DNA from: the human T2T-CHM13v2.0 reference genome, Homo sapiens
Strand: one strand, 5' to 3'
DNA length: 64,000 bases
Assembly (NCBI RefSeq): GCF_009914755.1
Contig: NC_060928.1
This document shows positions 28,401 through 42,200 of the stretch, one piece after another. The notes beneath the pieces are model-generated. The model saw nothing but the letters and a program-made list of their open reading frames with translations. It did not search any database and was not told where the DNA came from. Made by a program: the position numbers and the translations under genes. Position 1 is the stretch's first letter. Every line of letters begins with the position of its first letter.

Positions 28401-28708
28401 GGGTGGGTATGATGGCTCATGCCTGTAATCCCATCACTTGGAGAGGCTGAGGAGAGAGGATTGCTTCAGCCCAGGAGTCCCAGACCAGCCTGGGCAACAA
28501 AATGAGACCTCGGCTCTACAAAACAATTTAAAATTAGCCAGGTGTGGTGGCACGTGCCTGTACTCCTGGCTACTTGGGAGGCAAAGGCAGGAGGATGGCT
28601 TGAGCCCAGGATGTCGAGGCTACAGTGAGCCGTGATCGTGTCACTGCACTCTAGTCTGGGTAACAGAACAAGACTCTGCCTCATAAACAAAAAACAAAAC
28701 AACAAAAA
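28401..28708 (+). mobile_element. AluJ
   Basis: GGATTGCTTCAGCCCAGGAG...GGATGGCTTGAGCCCAGG; (AAAC)-type tail. Confidence 0.9.
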
Positions 28709-28714
28709 TCCTTG

Positions 28715-28915
28715 GTTTGATCACTGACTGGCTGTATGACATGTGGCAAGTTACAGTCTCTCTTTAGTTTTCTTACCTATGAAAATAGAAATAGTAATAC
28801 CTACTTGGGAGAATTACATAAAAAATCTATGTAAAGTGCTTAGCACATAGTAAATAAAAATCTATGTAAAGTGCCTAGCACATAGTAACCACTCAATAAA
28901 GGGTAAGTTTCATCA
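28715..28915 (+). mobile_element. MIR with a ~35-bp tandem duplication (28818-28888)
   Basis: AAAAATCTATGTAAAGTGC(T/C)TAGCACATAGTAA occurs twice in tandem. Confidence 0.8.
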
Positions 28916-29273
28916 TTAACAAGGATGATTTGATACAAGTTTTCATCTTAGTGCTACACTATATAGTCATTTTGCATTCTGCTTTGGGATCAAGTCCTTT
29001 TCATAAATTATTATTATTTTTAAAACCCAGGAAAATATGAAAAAAAAAATCAAACATACCTAGGCTCCCACAGTTCAGTGTGCTCATTTTCACTTGATGC
29101 TCCTACTTGAAATCCCTCATCTCCTCAGCTCTCCACAGCATCCTTAAGCCTGGAACTTCTTCATTCATCTTCTCCAGAGAATAAGTGTTTGAGGGGAGAT
29201 GAAGGGATAGGTGGTTGCTGGGAGGAAAGAGGGGTATCTGCTTCCTTGCCTGGGGTAGGATAGGAAACCTAGC

Positions 29274-29852
29274 TGGGTTAGTCAGGGTTCCACAGAGAGA
29301 CAGAACCAATAGAATATACATGTAAATACATATAAATATATGAGAGGGAATTTATTAGGGGAATTGGCTCATGTGGTTATGGAGGCTGAAAAATCCCCAA
29401 GACAGGCTGTCTGCAAATTGGGGCCCGCAGGATGCTGGGGGCATGACTCAGTCCGAGTGTGAAGGTCTCAACATCAGGGCCGCTGGTGGTGTAACTCTCA
29501 GTCCAAGGCCAAAGATCTGAGAACCTGGGGTGAGCGGCAGCTGGTGTTAAGTCCTGGAGTCTAAGAGCCAGGGAGCCTGGGTTTCTGACATCCAAGAGGA
29601 GGAGGAGTGTATCTCAGCTCCAGGAGCTTGAAAGACACATTCACCTGTCCTCTGTGTTTGTTCTCTCCTGGCCCTCAGCCAATTGGATGATGTCTGCCCA
29701 CACTAAGGGTGGATCTTCTCCACCTAGTCCACTCAGGACTCACATGCTAATCTCCTTGGAAAACACCGTAGAGACACACACCAAGATCGTGCTTTAACAG
29801 GTTTCCAGGTATTCCTTAAGCCGGACAAGTGTGATGACAGTTAATCATCACA
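29274..29852 (-). mobile_element. MLT2B (ERVL) solo LTR
   Basis: TTAGTCAGGGTTCCACAGAGAGACAGAACCAATAG...TTAATCATCACA; TSD CTAGC/CTGGC. Confidence 0.88.
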
Positions 29853-30959
29853 CTGGCCAGTCAAGCATTTTGTGTACAATTTTTTGGTCAGTTTTCCATT
29901 TTCATATCCTGACTTCACACCTGAAGTACTTCACAATCTGAAGTAGCTGTGCCTCTCTGGGCACAGGGCGAAAGTGCTCACTTCTTCTCTGGAGTAAAAC
30001 TCCTCTGTAGGTTTTCAGGTTGCCACTTCTTCCACTCTGTTAAACTCATTACTTCTGCTCCATCTCCTTTCCATTTTCTGAGAATTTGTTGAAATGTTGT
30101 TTCCTGTAGTCTCCCCTACCATTCATTTTGTCCTTGTGAGTTAATAATTTTAAAAAATTTCTTTCCCTCCCTTTCAGAAAGATCTGGAGGATGGGGAGAA
30201 AAGATAAACATATATGGTCAATCATCATTTTAAACTTGAAGTGGAAGTTAGATTTTAATATCAGCTCGTAAGGTGAAAATTTCATTTGACTGAATTAATC
30301 TTAAACCCATATAATATGGAAAGAAAAGTATCTTAAAATGTTATAATCACAGTCATTTTGATGAGGAGCCTTTTACTGTGAGAGGCACATGGGGCCTTAG
30401 GCTTAGGAGCAGCAGACTCCCATCTGTCTCCTATTTTAGGCTCCCAACAGGATATAGTCTTATAGATTGGCATGGCAAGTGAAATTGACCATGCTATTTG
30501 TTACTTTTTAGGCTTGTACTTTAATTTTTCACTTCTGAGTCTCTAAATAAACAAAATTTACAGTTTACATTTATTTACATTTTATCATAAGTGTAAAACT
30601 CCGCTATTGTTTCTCAAATCCTTCTTTAAAGAGACAGTTTGCTAAAAAAGAATCCAAGCTGAAAATACAGACAGAGGTTAAAAAGTCTTACTTAACACAG
30701 GGAGAGAGAGCTGGTAGTTACCAGCTAAAGTCAGGACAAAGCTAAAAAGGGACAGAGCCTGAATCAGAACAAACTTTTTCTGTTCTGTGGACTCAGTTTC
30801 AGAGTTAAAGAATCAAATACAAATTGTGAGGAGACTTAGAGCAAGAACTGTTCTGGTTTTCCACTGCATGCCTGATAATGTGAATGAATTTCATTTTGCA
30901 TCTTTATACATAATAATCTGAAATAAAATGAGAGTAACATTTAAATGAGAAAATATATA

Positions 30960-31145
30960 AGAACTTTATGCTTTAATTCATACTGTTTACATAGCTCATT
31001 TAATCTTCACAATAATTCAGTAAGGTAGATATCATTATTGTCCTAATTTTAATGATGGGTAAAGTAAGCCTTAAAGAGGTTGAATAACCTTCTTCAGGTC
31101 ACACAGTGGCAGGACAAGATTTTGTGATTTTTTTCACCACTGCAC
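30960..31145 (-). mobile_element. MIR
   Basis: CTCATTTAATCTTCACAATAATTCAGTAAGGTAG...AGAGGTTGAATAACC. Confidence 0.75.
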
Positions 31146-33191
31146 CCTCTATTTGCTAAACAATGTGATCACAATGGCCAACACTTAATAACTATTGCCT
31201 CTAAATGTAAGTTCATAGTTCTTGGAATGGACAAATTTTTAAGCAAAAAGGGAAAAGTGAAGAGGAGAGAATAATATTTTGTTCTTGTCACCAACTCATC
31301 AAAAATAGATGATGATGACAATGAACTCAGAAAGTTTTCTGAACATCTAGATGAGATCTTTGCTCAAACCTGGACTCAAACATCACACTGGTCTAATATT
31401 GCTGTTTTCCAGCCTTAAGTGTGGAAAAGTAGTTATTAGAACTAGTTTTTTTTAAAGTGTTCAGTTTTATTTCAAACTTACAGTGCTTTGGATTTCCCCA
31501 TGTTAGTGAAAACTTTTTGCATACTGGCAATCTATTCCAAAACGACTTAGCTGGAAATGCTAAACTGCCAATGGCAGTAATGTCGTTAATTAAGTCTCTC
31601 ACTTATAAAAACCAAAACAACAGCCTCTCTTCTCCCTGACTCCCATCCAACGCTACTTTAAAATGTATTTCAGTTCATATTTTTAGACTAATCTAGTACC
31701 AGATATAGAAAAATAAAAGACCCCAAACCTCAAATTATATCAAGACCAGCTATCATATTTTATTTTTACAACCTGAACTTTTTATATTTCTAGTTGACAG
31801 AAACCTTATGACCAAAGGTATCACTTTTGAAGAAAAAATGTTTGTTTTATCTATAGAAAGACTTGCATAATAAATCAAGATTAATATGATTATAACATGT
31901 CTTTAACGAAACAAAGTTTTTTTCTAATATGAAATGAAATGATATTTGTTTGGGATCAGGTAATGAAGCTATTTTGCTCAGGAAATCACTAACTGGCTTA
32001 ACTGGATATGTATTAACGTCACAATGGTCAGTTTCGTTTTACAGCACTTTCTTGACACCCACATGTTTTAAAAAGTCAGCAATGTAATAATAAAATATTT
32101 ATAATGAGCTATTAAAAGAAATCTGCAGAGTATAATATTAAGTATTTTCTTTAGAATTTAATTCAGAAAGCATTTGTAGGCTTAAAATATGGTTTCTCTA
32201 AAAATATATATCTTATTATGTGCATTCAATTAGAAAAATATTATGACCAGTTTGGTGACTTTGACCTGTTTCAGTTCCTAAAAATATCTGCCAGTAATGT
32301 CCTAATACCTTCAAAAAGAATTGTCATTGAAAGCATTCTTTCTTTGCCTATAGCATTGCTACTGCATGCAAAATTGAACTGCCTTCCATTTCTGAATATT
32401 ACATTTTAAACAAAAATTATAATTGCTTATAAAACATTTCTAAAAAATAGCATAACTGTGAAAAATAATACACCACTTACCTAAGAATAAAGAATGAAAT
32501 TAAAAGATAAGTGCAATTAAATTTAATCTAAATGGGTCATGAATTAAAACACAGCAGTTTGCCAATGCACCGCATACAAAATAGAATCAGGAAACCAGAT
32601 GTAAATTGTTAATTACAAGAACATATGTCATCAGTGCACTTGGGACTCTCAGTTCACTCACAAATATAACCTTTAGGCATATTAGCAAAAAATGGACTTT
32701 AACATCATAGACATCTGTGCCAAGGCTTTTTATATCTTAACATATTTTGTTTAGTTTTAAAATAATGACCTAATTAGAAATTTTAAGCAAGCTAAAAGAA
32801 CAGAGTTGCAATTGCAATTTAAAAATCTAATAATTCTTTTTTAGCATTCAGCATATATTGATGCATAATTTTAAGGCCATTTAAATGAAATATTCAAATC
32901 AATAAATGGTAATATTTACATTTTATTGTGCCTACATGTTATAAGCAACTAACAGTTTTGGTTTACAAAATAATTTAATTTTACTAAGAGGGCTAGTTAG
33001 AAATCTTTGGCCAAAAGAATTGTATTCTCTAAGATAACAAAAGTCCTCTAAAGAAGAATGAATTACTTAGTAGTTGTAGGAAGCACATTTCTTTATCATT
33101 AAGACTAATGCATTTTACATTTTCCTATTTGAAGAATACAGTTTATATTTACAGTTAAATAGACACTTTCTAATAATTATGTTTAGATAAC

Positions 33192-33529
33192 TGATATGAT
33201 TTGGCTCTGTGTTCTCACCCAAGTCTCACCTTGAATTCTAATAATCCCCACATGTCAAGGATGGGACCAGGTGGAGATAATTGAATCATTGGGATGGTTT
33301 CCCCCATGCTGTTCTTGTGATAGTGAGTTCTCACAAGATCTGAGTTTTATAAGGGGCTTCCCCCATCGGTTGGCACTCATTCTCTCTCCTGATGCTCTGT
33401 GAAGGGTGCCTTCCACCACGATTGTAAGTTTCCTGAGGCCTCCCCAGCAATGCGGAACTGTGAGTTAATTAAACCTCTTTTCTTTATAAATTATAAATTA
33501 TCATAGCAGCATGATAACGGATTAATACA
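33192..33529 (+). mobile_element. THE1 (MaLR) solo LTR
   Basis: TGATATGATTTGGCTCTGTGTTCTCACCCAAGTCTCACCTTGAATT...ATTAATACA; TSD ATAAC/ATAAG. Confidence 0.92.
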
Positions 33530-33623
33530 ATAAGCTTACACCAAAATATTAATAGTTTATTGGCCAATTTCCCATGTGCTCAACATCTTATTTCTAGTTA
33601 GCATCATTTCATAATGTAGTGAT

Positions 33624-34661
33624 TTTTTTTTAACTTTTATTTTAGGTTCAGAGGTACATGCGCAGGTTTGTTATATAGGTTAATTGTGCATCATGGAGTT
33701 TGGTGTACAGATTACTTCATCACCCAGGTACTAAGCATAGTACATATTAGGTCATTTTTCAATCCTCACCCTCCTCCTACCTTCCACCCTCAAGTAGGCC
33801 CCGGTGTCTGTGTTCCCTTCTTTGTGTTCACATGTACTTAATGTTTGGCTCCCACTTATAAATGAGAACATGCAGTGTTTTGTTTTCTGTTCCTATTTTA
33901 GTTCACTTAGGACAATGACCTCCAGTTCATGTTGCTGTGAAGGACATGATCTTGTTCTTTTTTATGACTGCATAGTATTCCATAGTGTATATGTACCACA
34001 TTTTCTTTATTCAGTCTACCACTGATGGACATTTAGGTTGATTCTATGCCTTTGCTCTTGTAAATAGTGCTGCAGTGAACATACATGTGCATGTGTCTTT
34101 ATGGTAGAATGATTTGTATTCCTTTGGCTATATTCCTAATAATGTGATTGCTGGGTCAAATGGTAATTCTGTTCTGAGTGTGTTGAGAAATCAACAAACT
34201 GCTTTCCACAATGACTGAACTAATTTACATTCCCATCAGTGGTGTATAAGCATTTCCTTTTCTCTGCAACCTTGCCAGCATCTGTTGTTTTTTGACTTTT
34301 TAATAATAGCCATTCTGACTTTTGTGAAATGGTATCTCATTGTGGTTTTGATTTTCATTTCTCTAGTAATAGTGATGTTGAGCATTTTTTCATATGCTTG
34401 TTGGTCGTGTGTTTGCTTTCTTTTGAAAAGTGTCTGTTCATGTCTTTTGCCCACTTTTTAATGGGGTTGTTTGTTTTTTGCTTATTAATTTGTGTAAGTT
34501 CTTTATAGATTCTGGACATTAGACTTTTGTCAGATTGTCAGACTCATAGTTTACAAATATTTTCTCTCATTCTGTAGGTTGTCTGTTTATTCTGTTAATA
34601 GTAAACTGTTTTTCTGTACAGAAGCTCTTTAGTTTAATTAGGTCCCGTTTGTCTGTTTTTA
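33624..34661 (-). mobile_element. L1PA15/16-like 3' ~1 kb
   Basis: Antisense L1 3'UTR and ORF2 end (ORF 34236-34454 gives [25 protein letters not shown]). TSD CATAATG(T/C)A(G/A)TGAT. Confidence 0.92.
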
Positions 34662-34765
34662 CATAATGCAATGATCTTTTAGTCTCTTTCATGTAAAAAG
34701 TTGGTCAGACTTGTTTTTCTTTTCTTAATAAAACTTGCTTAAAGAGCCATAAGAAATAGGATGTC

Positions 34766-36330
<1,565 letters not shown>

Positions 36331-36476
36331 TAAACACATCAGCCAGCCTTTAAAAAATAATCTGTACAGTTCTTCTCTTTTGCTAATTAACATTTTGATT
36401 TCTGATATGCACAAATGACTGTTTTTATGTCATATCATGGTAATATGTTTTGCTTCACCACTAGAATATAAATGCA

Positions 36477-36715
36477 AGGATATTTCATGGTAATTAAGAG
36501 CACAACTTTTTGTGCCAGACTACTTGGTTCAAATCCTAGTTTTGCCACTTAATAGTTGTGTGGCTTTGATCAAGTTACTTAATCTCTTTGTGCCCCAGTT
36601 TCCTCAACTGTAAAATGAGAATAACAATAATACTTATACTGTAGAGTGATAAAAGGAATTATTAATTAATACAGGTCAGACATTTAGAACAGTATTTCAA
36701 AACTAGTAAGCTCTA
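36477..36715 (+). mobile_element. MIR
   Basis: GGTTCAAATCCTAG..CAAGTTACTTAATCTCTTTGTGCCCCAGTTTCCTCAACTGTAAAATG. Confidence 0.85.
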
Positions 36716-36861
36716 AAAAAATCCACACTTTTATGAATATGAATATTTATTCCTACAATACTTTATTTACAAAGATATTGATCCAGCCAGCTAGGCAAAA
36801 ATTCATCTTAATCAATATCTCTAAATTTCCTGATGGTTCCAATAAACTATATCTTGCCTTT

Positions 36862-38512
36862 TGTATTAGTCTGTTCTCCTGCTGCTAATAAAGACATACT
36901 CAAGATTGGGAAATTTATAAAAGAAAGAGGTTTAATGGATTCACAGTTCCATTGCAGGATCTTTCGGATATTGCTTTTCTGGCTGGAAACCTTTGTGGCT
37001 GGTGCACCTTTGCTTGAGTTCTTGTCCTGTGTCCAGGAAGAATAAGGTACTCAGACAGGGTGGAAGGTGAACAAGATGAAGAGGAGCTTTCTTGAGTATT
37101 ATAACAGCTCAGAGGAGACCTGCGGTGGGTGGCTCCTCTCTGCCAGCAGGTCATCCCATTGTCTCTGCAGCTCTCAGTGAAGAGGGCAGCTCCTCTCTGC
37201 AGCTGGTTGTCCCATTGTCTCTCCATCGTCTGCCCTGCTCTGGCTGAGCCCAGGGTTTTTATGGGGCCTCAGAAGAGGCAGAAGTGTGGGCTGATTTGTC
37301 CAGGGACAGCCATGGGTGGGCTCAGGAAAAAGCACCATGAGTTCCTCCTCTGGTCTGCAGAACTGGCATCCCAGCCCCAGGCTTCAGGCCTATCCTAGCC
37401 TGAAGGTAGACTTCACTGGGGACCCACCTCCTTCCACCCAGGAGCATGTCTGTCTCCCCAGTCATCCATGGGGCCCAGGCTGCTGGCACCAAGGGGCAAC
37501 TGCAGGCCAGTGCCCAGCCATCCTCAGTGCCCCGCCATCCTCAGTGCCCCCTCAGCTTCCCTTCCCATGTTCCTACATGCCCAAAGTCTGAAGAGGACTG
37601 AGGCATCAGGGGGCTGGCATGTCAGCACTGCCCTGAACGTGTGCACACCCATCTGGGCTGTGACAACATCCAGGCTTGGCCCCAACCCTACTTGGAGATG
37701 CCCAAGGAGTGCGGGTATCCCTGGGTTTGCCAATGGGCTGCAGCTGCTTGCAGGGAGGCGGGGTGGGGGGCAGCTGCAGCTATGCAGGGCTTGGCTCCTG
37801 CTTATTCTCAGCTTCCAAGAGCACAGGTATGCCCAATTGCAGCTGCAGCTTGGGCAGCTGCAGTTGCACTGGGGGAGCTCCCTCTCTGCCAACTTGGAAG
37901 AGGCAGGGCCCCTGCTTGTCCCCGGGTCCCACCAAGATCTATGGAGCATGGCACCTAGCCGCAACCCCTTTCAGCCTGGGATGGGGCGCCAGGTCCTCAC
38001 TGGGCCTGAGCTGGTATCTGGGGCAGGGCAATGTTGACACAAGCTCCTCATGTGGCTCCAGTGCTCCGGGGCAGCATGGAGCTCCCCCTTGCCCTCATGT
38101 GATCCAGCCCCATTACGGTGGCCCCCAGGATGGCAGGCTGCGGAAAGGGGACTGTCTGCCTCCTATCATGCCCTCCCTGTAGATGCCGGTGTGATGGCAG
38201 TGGCCTCACCAGATGGCCCACTGCTGCCATCAGTTCCACATGGCTGGGGAGGACTCACGATCATGGTGGAAGGCAAAGGAGAAGAAAAGGCATGGCTTAC
38301 CTGGTGGCAGGCAAGAAAAAGCGTGCAGGAGAACTCCCCTTTATAAAAGCATCAGATCTAGTGAGACTTATTCACTATCACAAGAACAGCATGGGAAAGA
38401 CCCACCCCCATGATTCAATTACCTCTCACCAGTTCCCTCCCATGACACCTGGGAGCTATGGGAGCTACAATTCAAGATGAGATTTGGGTTGGAACACAAC
38501 CAAACAATGTCA
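36862..38512 (-). mobile_element. THE1 solo LTR split by MER52
   Basis: TGTATTAGTCTGTTCTC...CACAGTTC | GTTCCACATGGCTGGGGAGG...CCAAACAATGTCA; TSD CCTTT/CCTAT. Confidence 0.9.
36950..38232 (-). mobile_element. MER52 ERV1 solo LTR (GC-rich)
   Basis: Reverse complement starts TGATGGCAGCAGTGGGCCATCTGG; 4-bp TSD GTTC (36946-36949 / 38233-38236). Confidence 0.88.
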
Positions 38513-38622
38513 CCTATACAAGTGATGAAAGTCCTGTATGACATTTATTTCAGTTCCTGGTCTTTGACAAAACTTTAAATCTAGTGTACTCACTGAATTT
38601 ATTCTGGAGGAGGGAAATGTAT

Positions 38623-39074
38623 TGTTATGGATTGAATTGTGTACCTTTCAAAAAATACTTTGTAGTCCTAACCCCCAGTACCTCAGAATGTTACCTTATT
38701 TGCACCTAGGGTCTTTGCAGATTTAACCAGGTTAAGGTGAGGGATTTAATTCAATATGATTGGTTTCCTTATAAGAAGGGGAAATTTGGACATAGACATG
38801 GACAGAGGGAAGATAATGTGAAGACACACAGGGAGGGTGGCCATGGGACTGGAGTTATGCATCTACAAGCCAGGAATGCGTGGGATCACCAGCAAACACA
38901 AGAGGCTGGAAGAGGCAAGGAAGGATTCTCTTCTAGACTGTCAGAATGGTTGTGGCCCTGCCGACACCTTTATTTCAAACTTCCAGCCTCTAGAACCGTG
39001 AGACAATAAATTTCTGTTGGTGTAAGCCACCCAGCTCTTGGTACTTGGTTACACACCTGTAGGAAACTCATATA
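38623..39074 (+). mobile_element. MLT1B/C MaLR LTR
   Basis: TGTTATGGATTGAATTGTGTACC...CAGTACCTCAGAATGTTACCTTATTTG...AATAAATTTCTGTTG...GGAAACTCATATA. Confidence 0.88.
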
Positions 39075-39240
39075 AATGTAATATAGATTTATCCATTTTC
39101 TGATTACTTTTTCTCACATTTAACCAAAAACTGAGGAGGCTACGATTAATTATTCCTTTTTGCCCCCCTGAGGATCATGCACAATGGATCAGAAGAAACA
39201 AATACTTAAATTTCTAGGTGAAAATGAATTAATGAAATTA

Positions 39241-39592
<352 letters not shown>

Positions 39593-39910
39593 TTACAAGG
39601 TGCTTTGGCCTGAGTAATTTTCATTTTATATGTTCTTACTCATATGCTTTCTAAGGGATGTCTTTCTTAATATCTTTTTTAACTACCACTGCTAGCTTTG
39701 AAAATAATATATTTTTATATTCTATGAGAGACAAATGCACCTGTAAATTAAGCTATCTTTAGCTCCTAAATTGTCCACCACAGTCATAGAACCACACACT
39801 GGTTAATTTAGCAGGGAATTAACAGATCAAGTTGTGTTCAACTGCTTTATTTCTCAAAGAGGAAATCGAGGTCAACAGAGGTTAAGTAGTAACTTAGTCT
39901 TTTGATGCAG

Positions 39911-40983
39911 TGTTGCGGGAAGTCAGGGACCCCAAACGGAGGGACCGGCTGAAGCCATGGCAGAAGAACATGGATTGTGAAGATTTCATGGACATTTATT
40001 AATTCCCCAAATTAATACTTTTATAATTTCTTATGCCTGTCTTTACTGCAATCTCTAAACATAAATTGTAAAGATTTCATGGACACTTATCACTTCCCCA
40101 GTCAATACCCTTGTGATTTCCTATGTCTGTCTTTAATCTCTTAATCCTGTCAGCTGAGGAGGATGTATGTCGCCTCAGGACCATGTGATAATTGCGTTAA
40201 CTGCACAAATTGTACAGCATGTGTGTTTGAGCAATATGAAATTTGGACACCTTGAAAAAAGAACAGGATAACAGCAATTTTTCAGGGAATAAGAGAGATC
40301 ACCTTGAACTCTGACCGCCGGTGAGCTGGGTGGAACAGAGCCATATTTCTCTTCTTTCAAAAGCAAATGGGAGAAATATTGCTGAATTCTTTTTCTCAGC
40401 ATAGAACATACCTGGGAAAGAGAATATGTGCCTGGAGAGAGAGAGAATAGGCTTATAAACAGTCCCCCCAGGTGCACCTGTCTCTTATGGTCGAGACTGC
40501 AGGGGTGAAATAGACTCCAGTCTCCCATAGCGCTCCCAGGCTTATTAGGAAGAGGAAATTCCCGCCTAATAAATTTTGGTCAGACTGGTTGATCTCAAAA
40601 CCCTGTCTCCTGATAAGATGTTATCAATGACAATGGTGCCCGAAACTTCATTAGCAATTTTAATTTCACCCCGGTCCTGTGGTCCTGTGATCTCACCCTG
40701 CCTCCACTTGCCTTGTGATATTCTATTACCTTGTAAAGTACTTGATGTCTGTGACCCACACCTATTCGCACACTCCCTCCCCTTTTGAAAATCCCTAATA
40801 AAAACTTGCTGGTTTTTGTGGCTTGTGGGGCATCACGGAACCTACCGACATGTGATGTCTCCCCCGGATGCCCAGCTTTAAAATTTCTCTCTTTTGTACT
40901 CTGTCCCTTTATTTCTCAAGCTGGCCGACACTTAAGGAAAATAGAAAAGAACCTACGTGAAAATCAGGGCAGGTTCCCCAATA
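39911..40983 (+). mobile_element. MER11A solo LTR (HERV-K HML-8)
   Basis: TGTTGCGGGAAGTCAGGGACCCCAAACGGAGGGACCGGCTGAAGCC start; ends GGCAGGTTCCCCAATA; ~1.07 kb; decayed 6-bp TSD ATGCAG/GCACAG. Confidence 0.93.
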
Positions 40984-41708
40984 GCACAGTCTAAAGATTG
41001 TACTTACAGCCTTTTTTTTTCTGTTTCTTAGTACTAGAAAGTTAATGTTTTAAATTACATTTAAAAGATCAGATTTTTCTAGATCTTTTTAACAGTCTTC
41101 TTTATAGCTTGTAGAATAGTGGCCTTTTAAAAAGTAAGTGATAAATAACTGTTCATTGGGGAAGAATTCTTATTTGCTAGTTATCCTGAAGCTATAAACA
41201 AACTTGCTATAAGTACTTATATAGGATGTGGTTGTATATCATTTATCTGTCCTTGTTAGAGGCATAATAGCAGGAAGCCAGGGCACATGAAGTCTACACT
41301 GCATTCCCAGGACAGAAGGCTTTCATAGAGTATCTGAGTGGCTAAGGTAGAAGGGATATTTCTAAATCAGGCATCAGGTAGAAGTTGGCCCTAATTTTCA
41401 GAAGCACATAGACATTTTTATTATGTCCTCATATCCTGTCATAGCTGAATTTGAAAATACAGGGTGAGGAGGTCATGAGAAAGGTCAACAAACCAAAATA
41501 GGAGAGAATCTAAGAAAAACTACCAAGATTTTAAAAAGATAAAAGGCATAACATCTTTAATGAATGACTGTCTAGGGCTATTAGTCAATTCATAGCTCAC
41601 AGATTCTCCATGGGAGTTAATAGTTTAATATCTATTTAAGCTACAGTTACTTAGAGATCTTTCCTCAACCTCGAATAATATTTGCTTCAAATAATAATTT
41701 TAAACTTA

Positions 41709-42004
41709 GGAAAAGGGAGATGTTGGTCAAAGAGTACAAGGTTTTTGTTAGGAGGAATAATTTTTTGAGATCTATTGCTTAGCATGGTGACTATAGTTAA
41801 TAATGTAATGTGTATTTCACAATTGCTAAGAGAGTAGATTTTAAATGTTTACATCACACACAAAAACAAGTATGTGTGAGATATGTTAACTAGCTTGATT
41901 TAATTATTCCATAACATGTATATATATATCAAAATATGACATTGTACCCCATAAATATATACAGTTATTGTTTGTCAATTAAAAATAAAAATTTAAAAAT
42001 AAAT
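41709..42004 (+). mobile_element. L1MA 3' end
   Basis: GGAGATGTTGGTCAAAGAGTAC...GAGATCTATTG..AGCATGGTGACTATAGTTAATAA...TGTACCCCATAAATATATAC. Confidence 0.88.
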
Positions 42005-42014
42005 TTACTTTCTT

Positions 42015-42200
42015 CTAGGAATTGTGCTAATCACTTTATAAATGTCTTTCTTAAAGCAAAAAACTAAAAGAAATTGCAATTATTGTCTTCATTTTACAGT
42101 AATAAAAATAAATCTCAGAGAGTTTAAAAAAAAACTTGCCTAATGTTGCATTGCTAGCAAATGGCTGGGCCAAGATTTACACTTAGATCTGTCTAACTCC
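42015..42200 (-). mobile_element. MIR
   Basis: CATTTTACAG...CTCAGAGAG...ACTTGCC...AGATCTGTCTAACTCCA. Confidence 0.65.

Noticed and set aside
34236-34454. 72-aa ORF resembling a protein fragment
   Set aside because: L1 ORF2 C-terminal remnant within a 5'-truncated L1PA.
37129-38480. Dense cluster of 90-189 aa ORFs
   Set aside because: Entirely within the GC-rich MER52 and THE1 LTRs; no coding signature.
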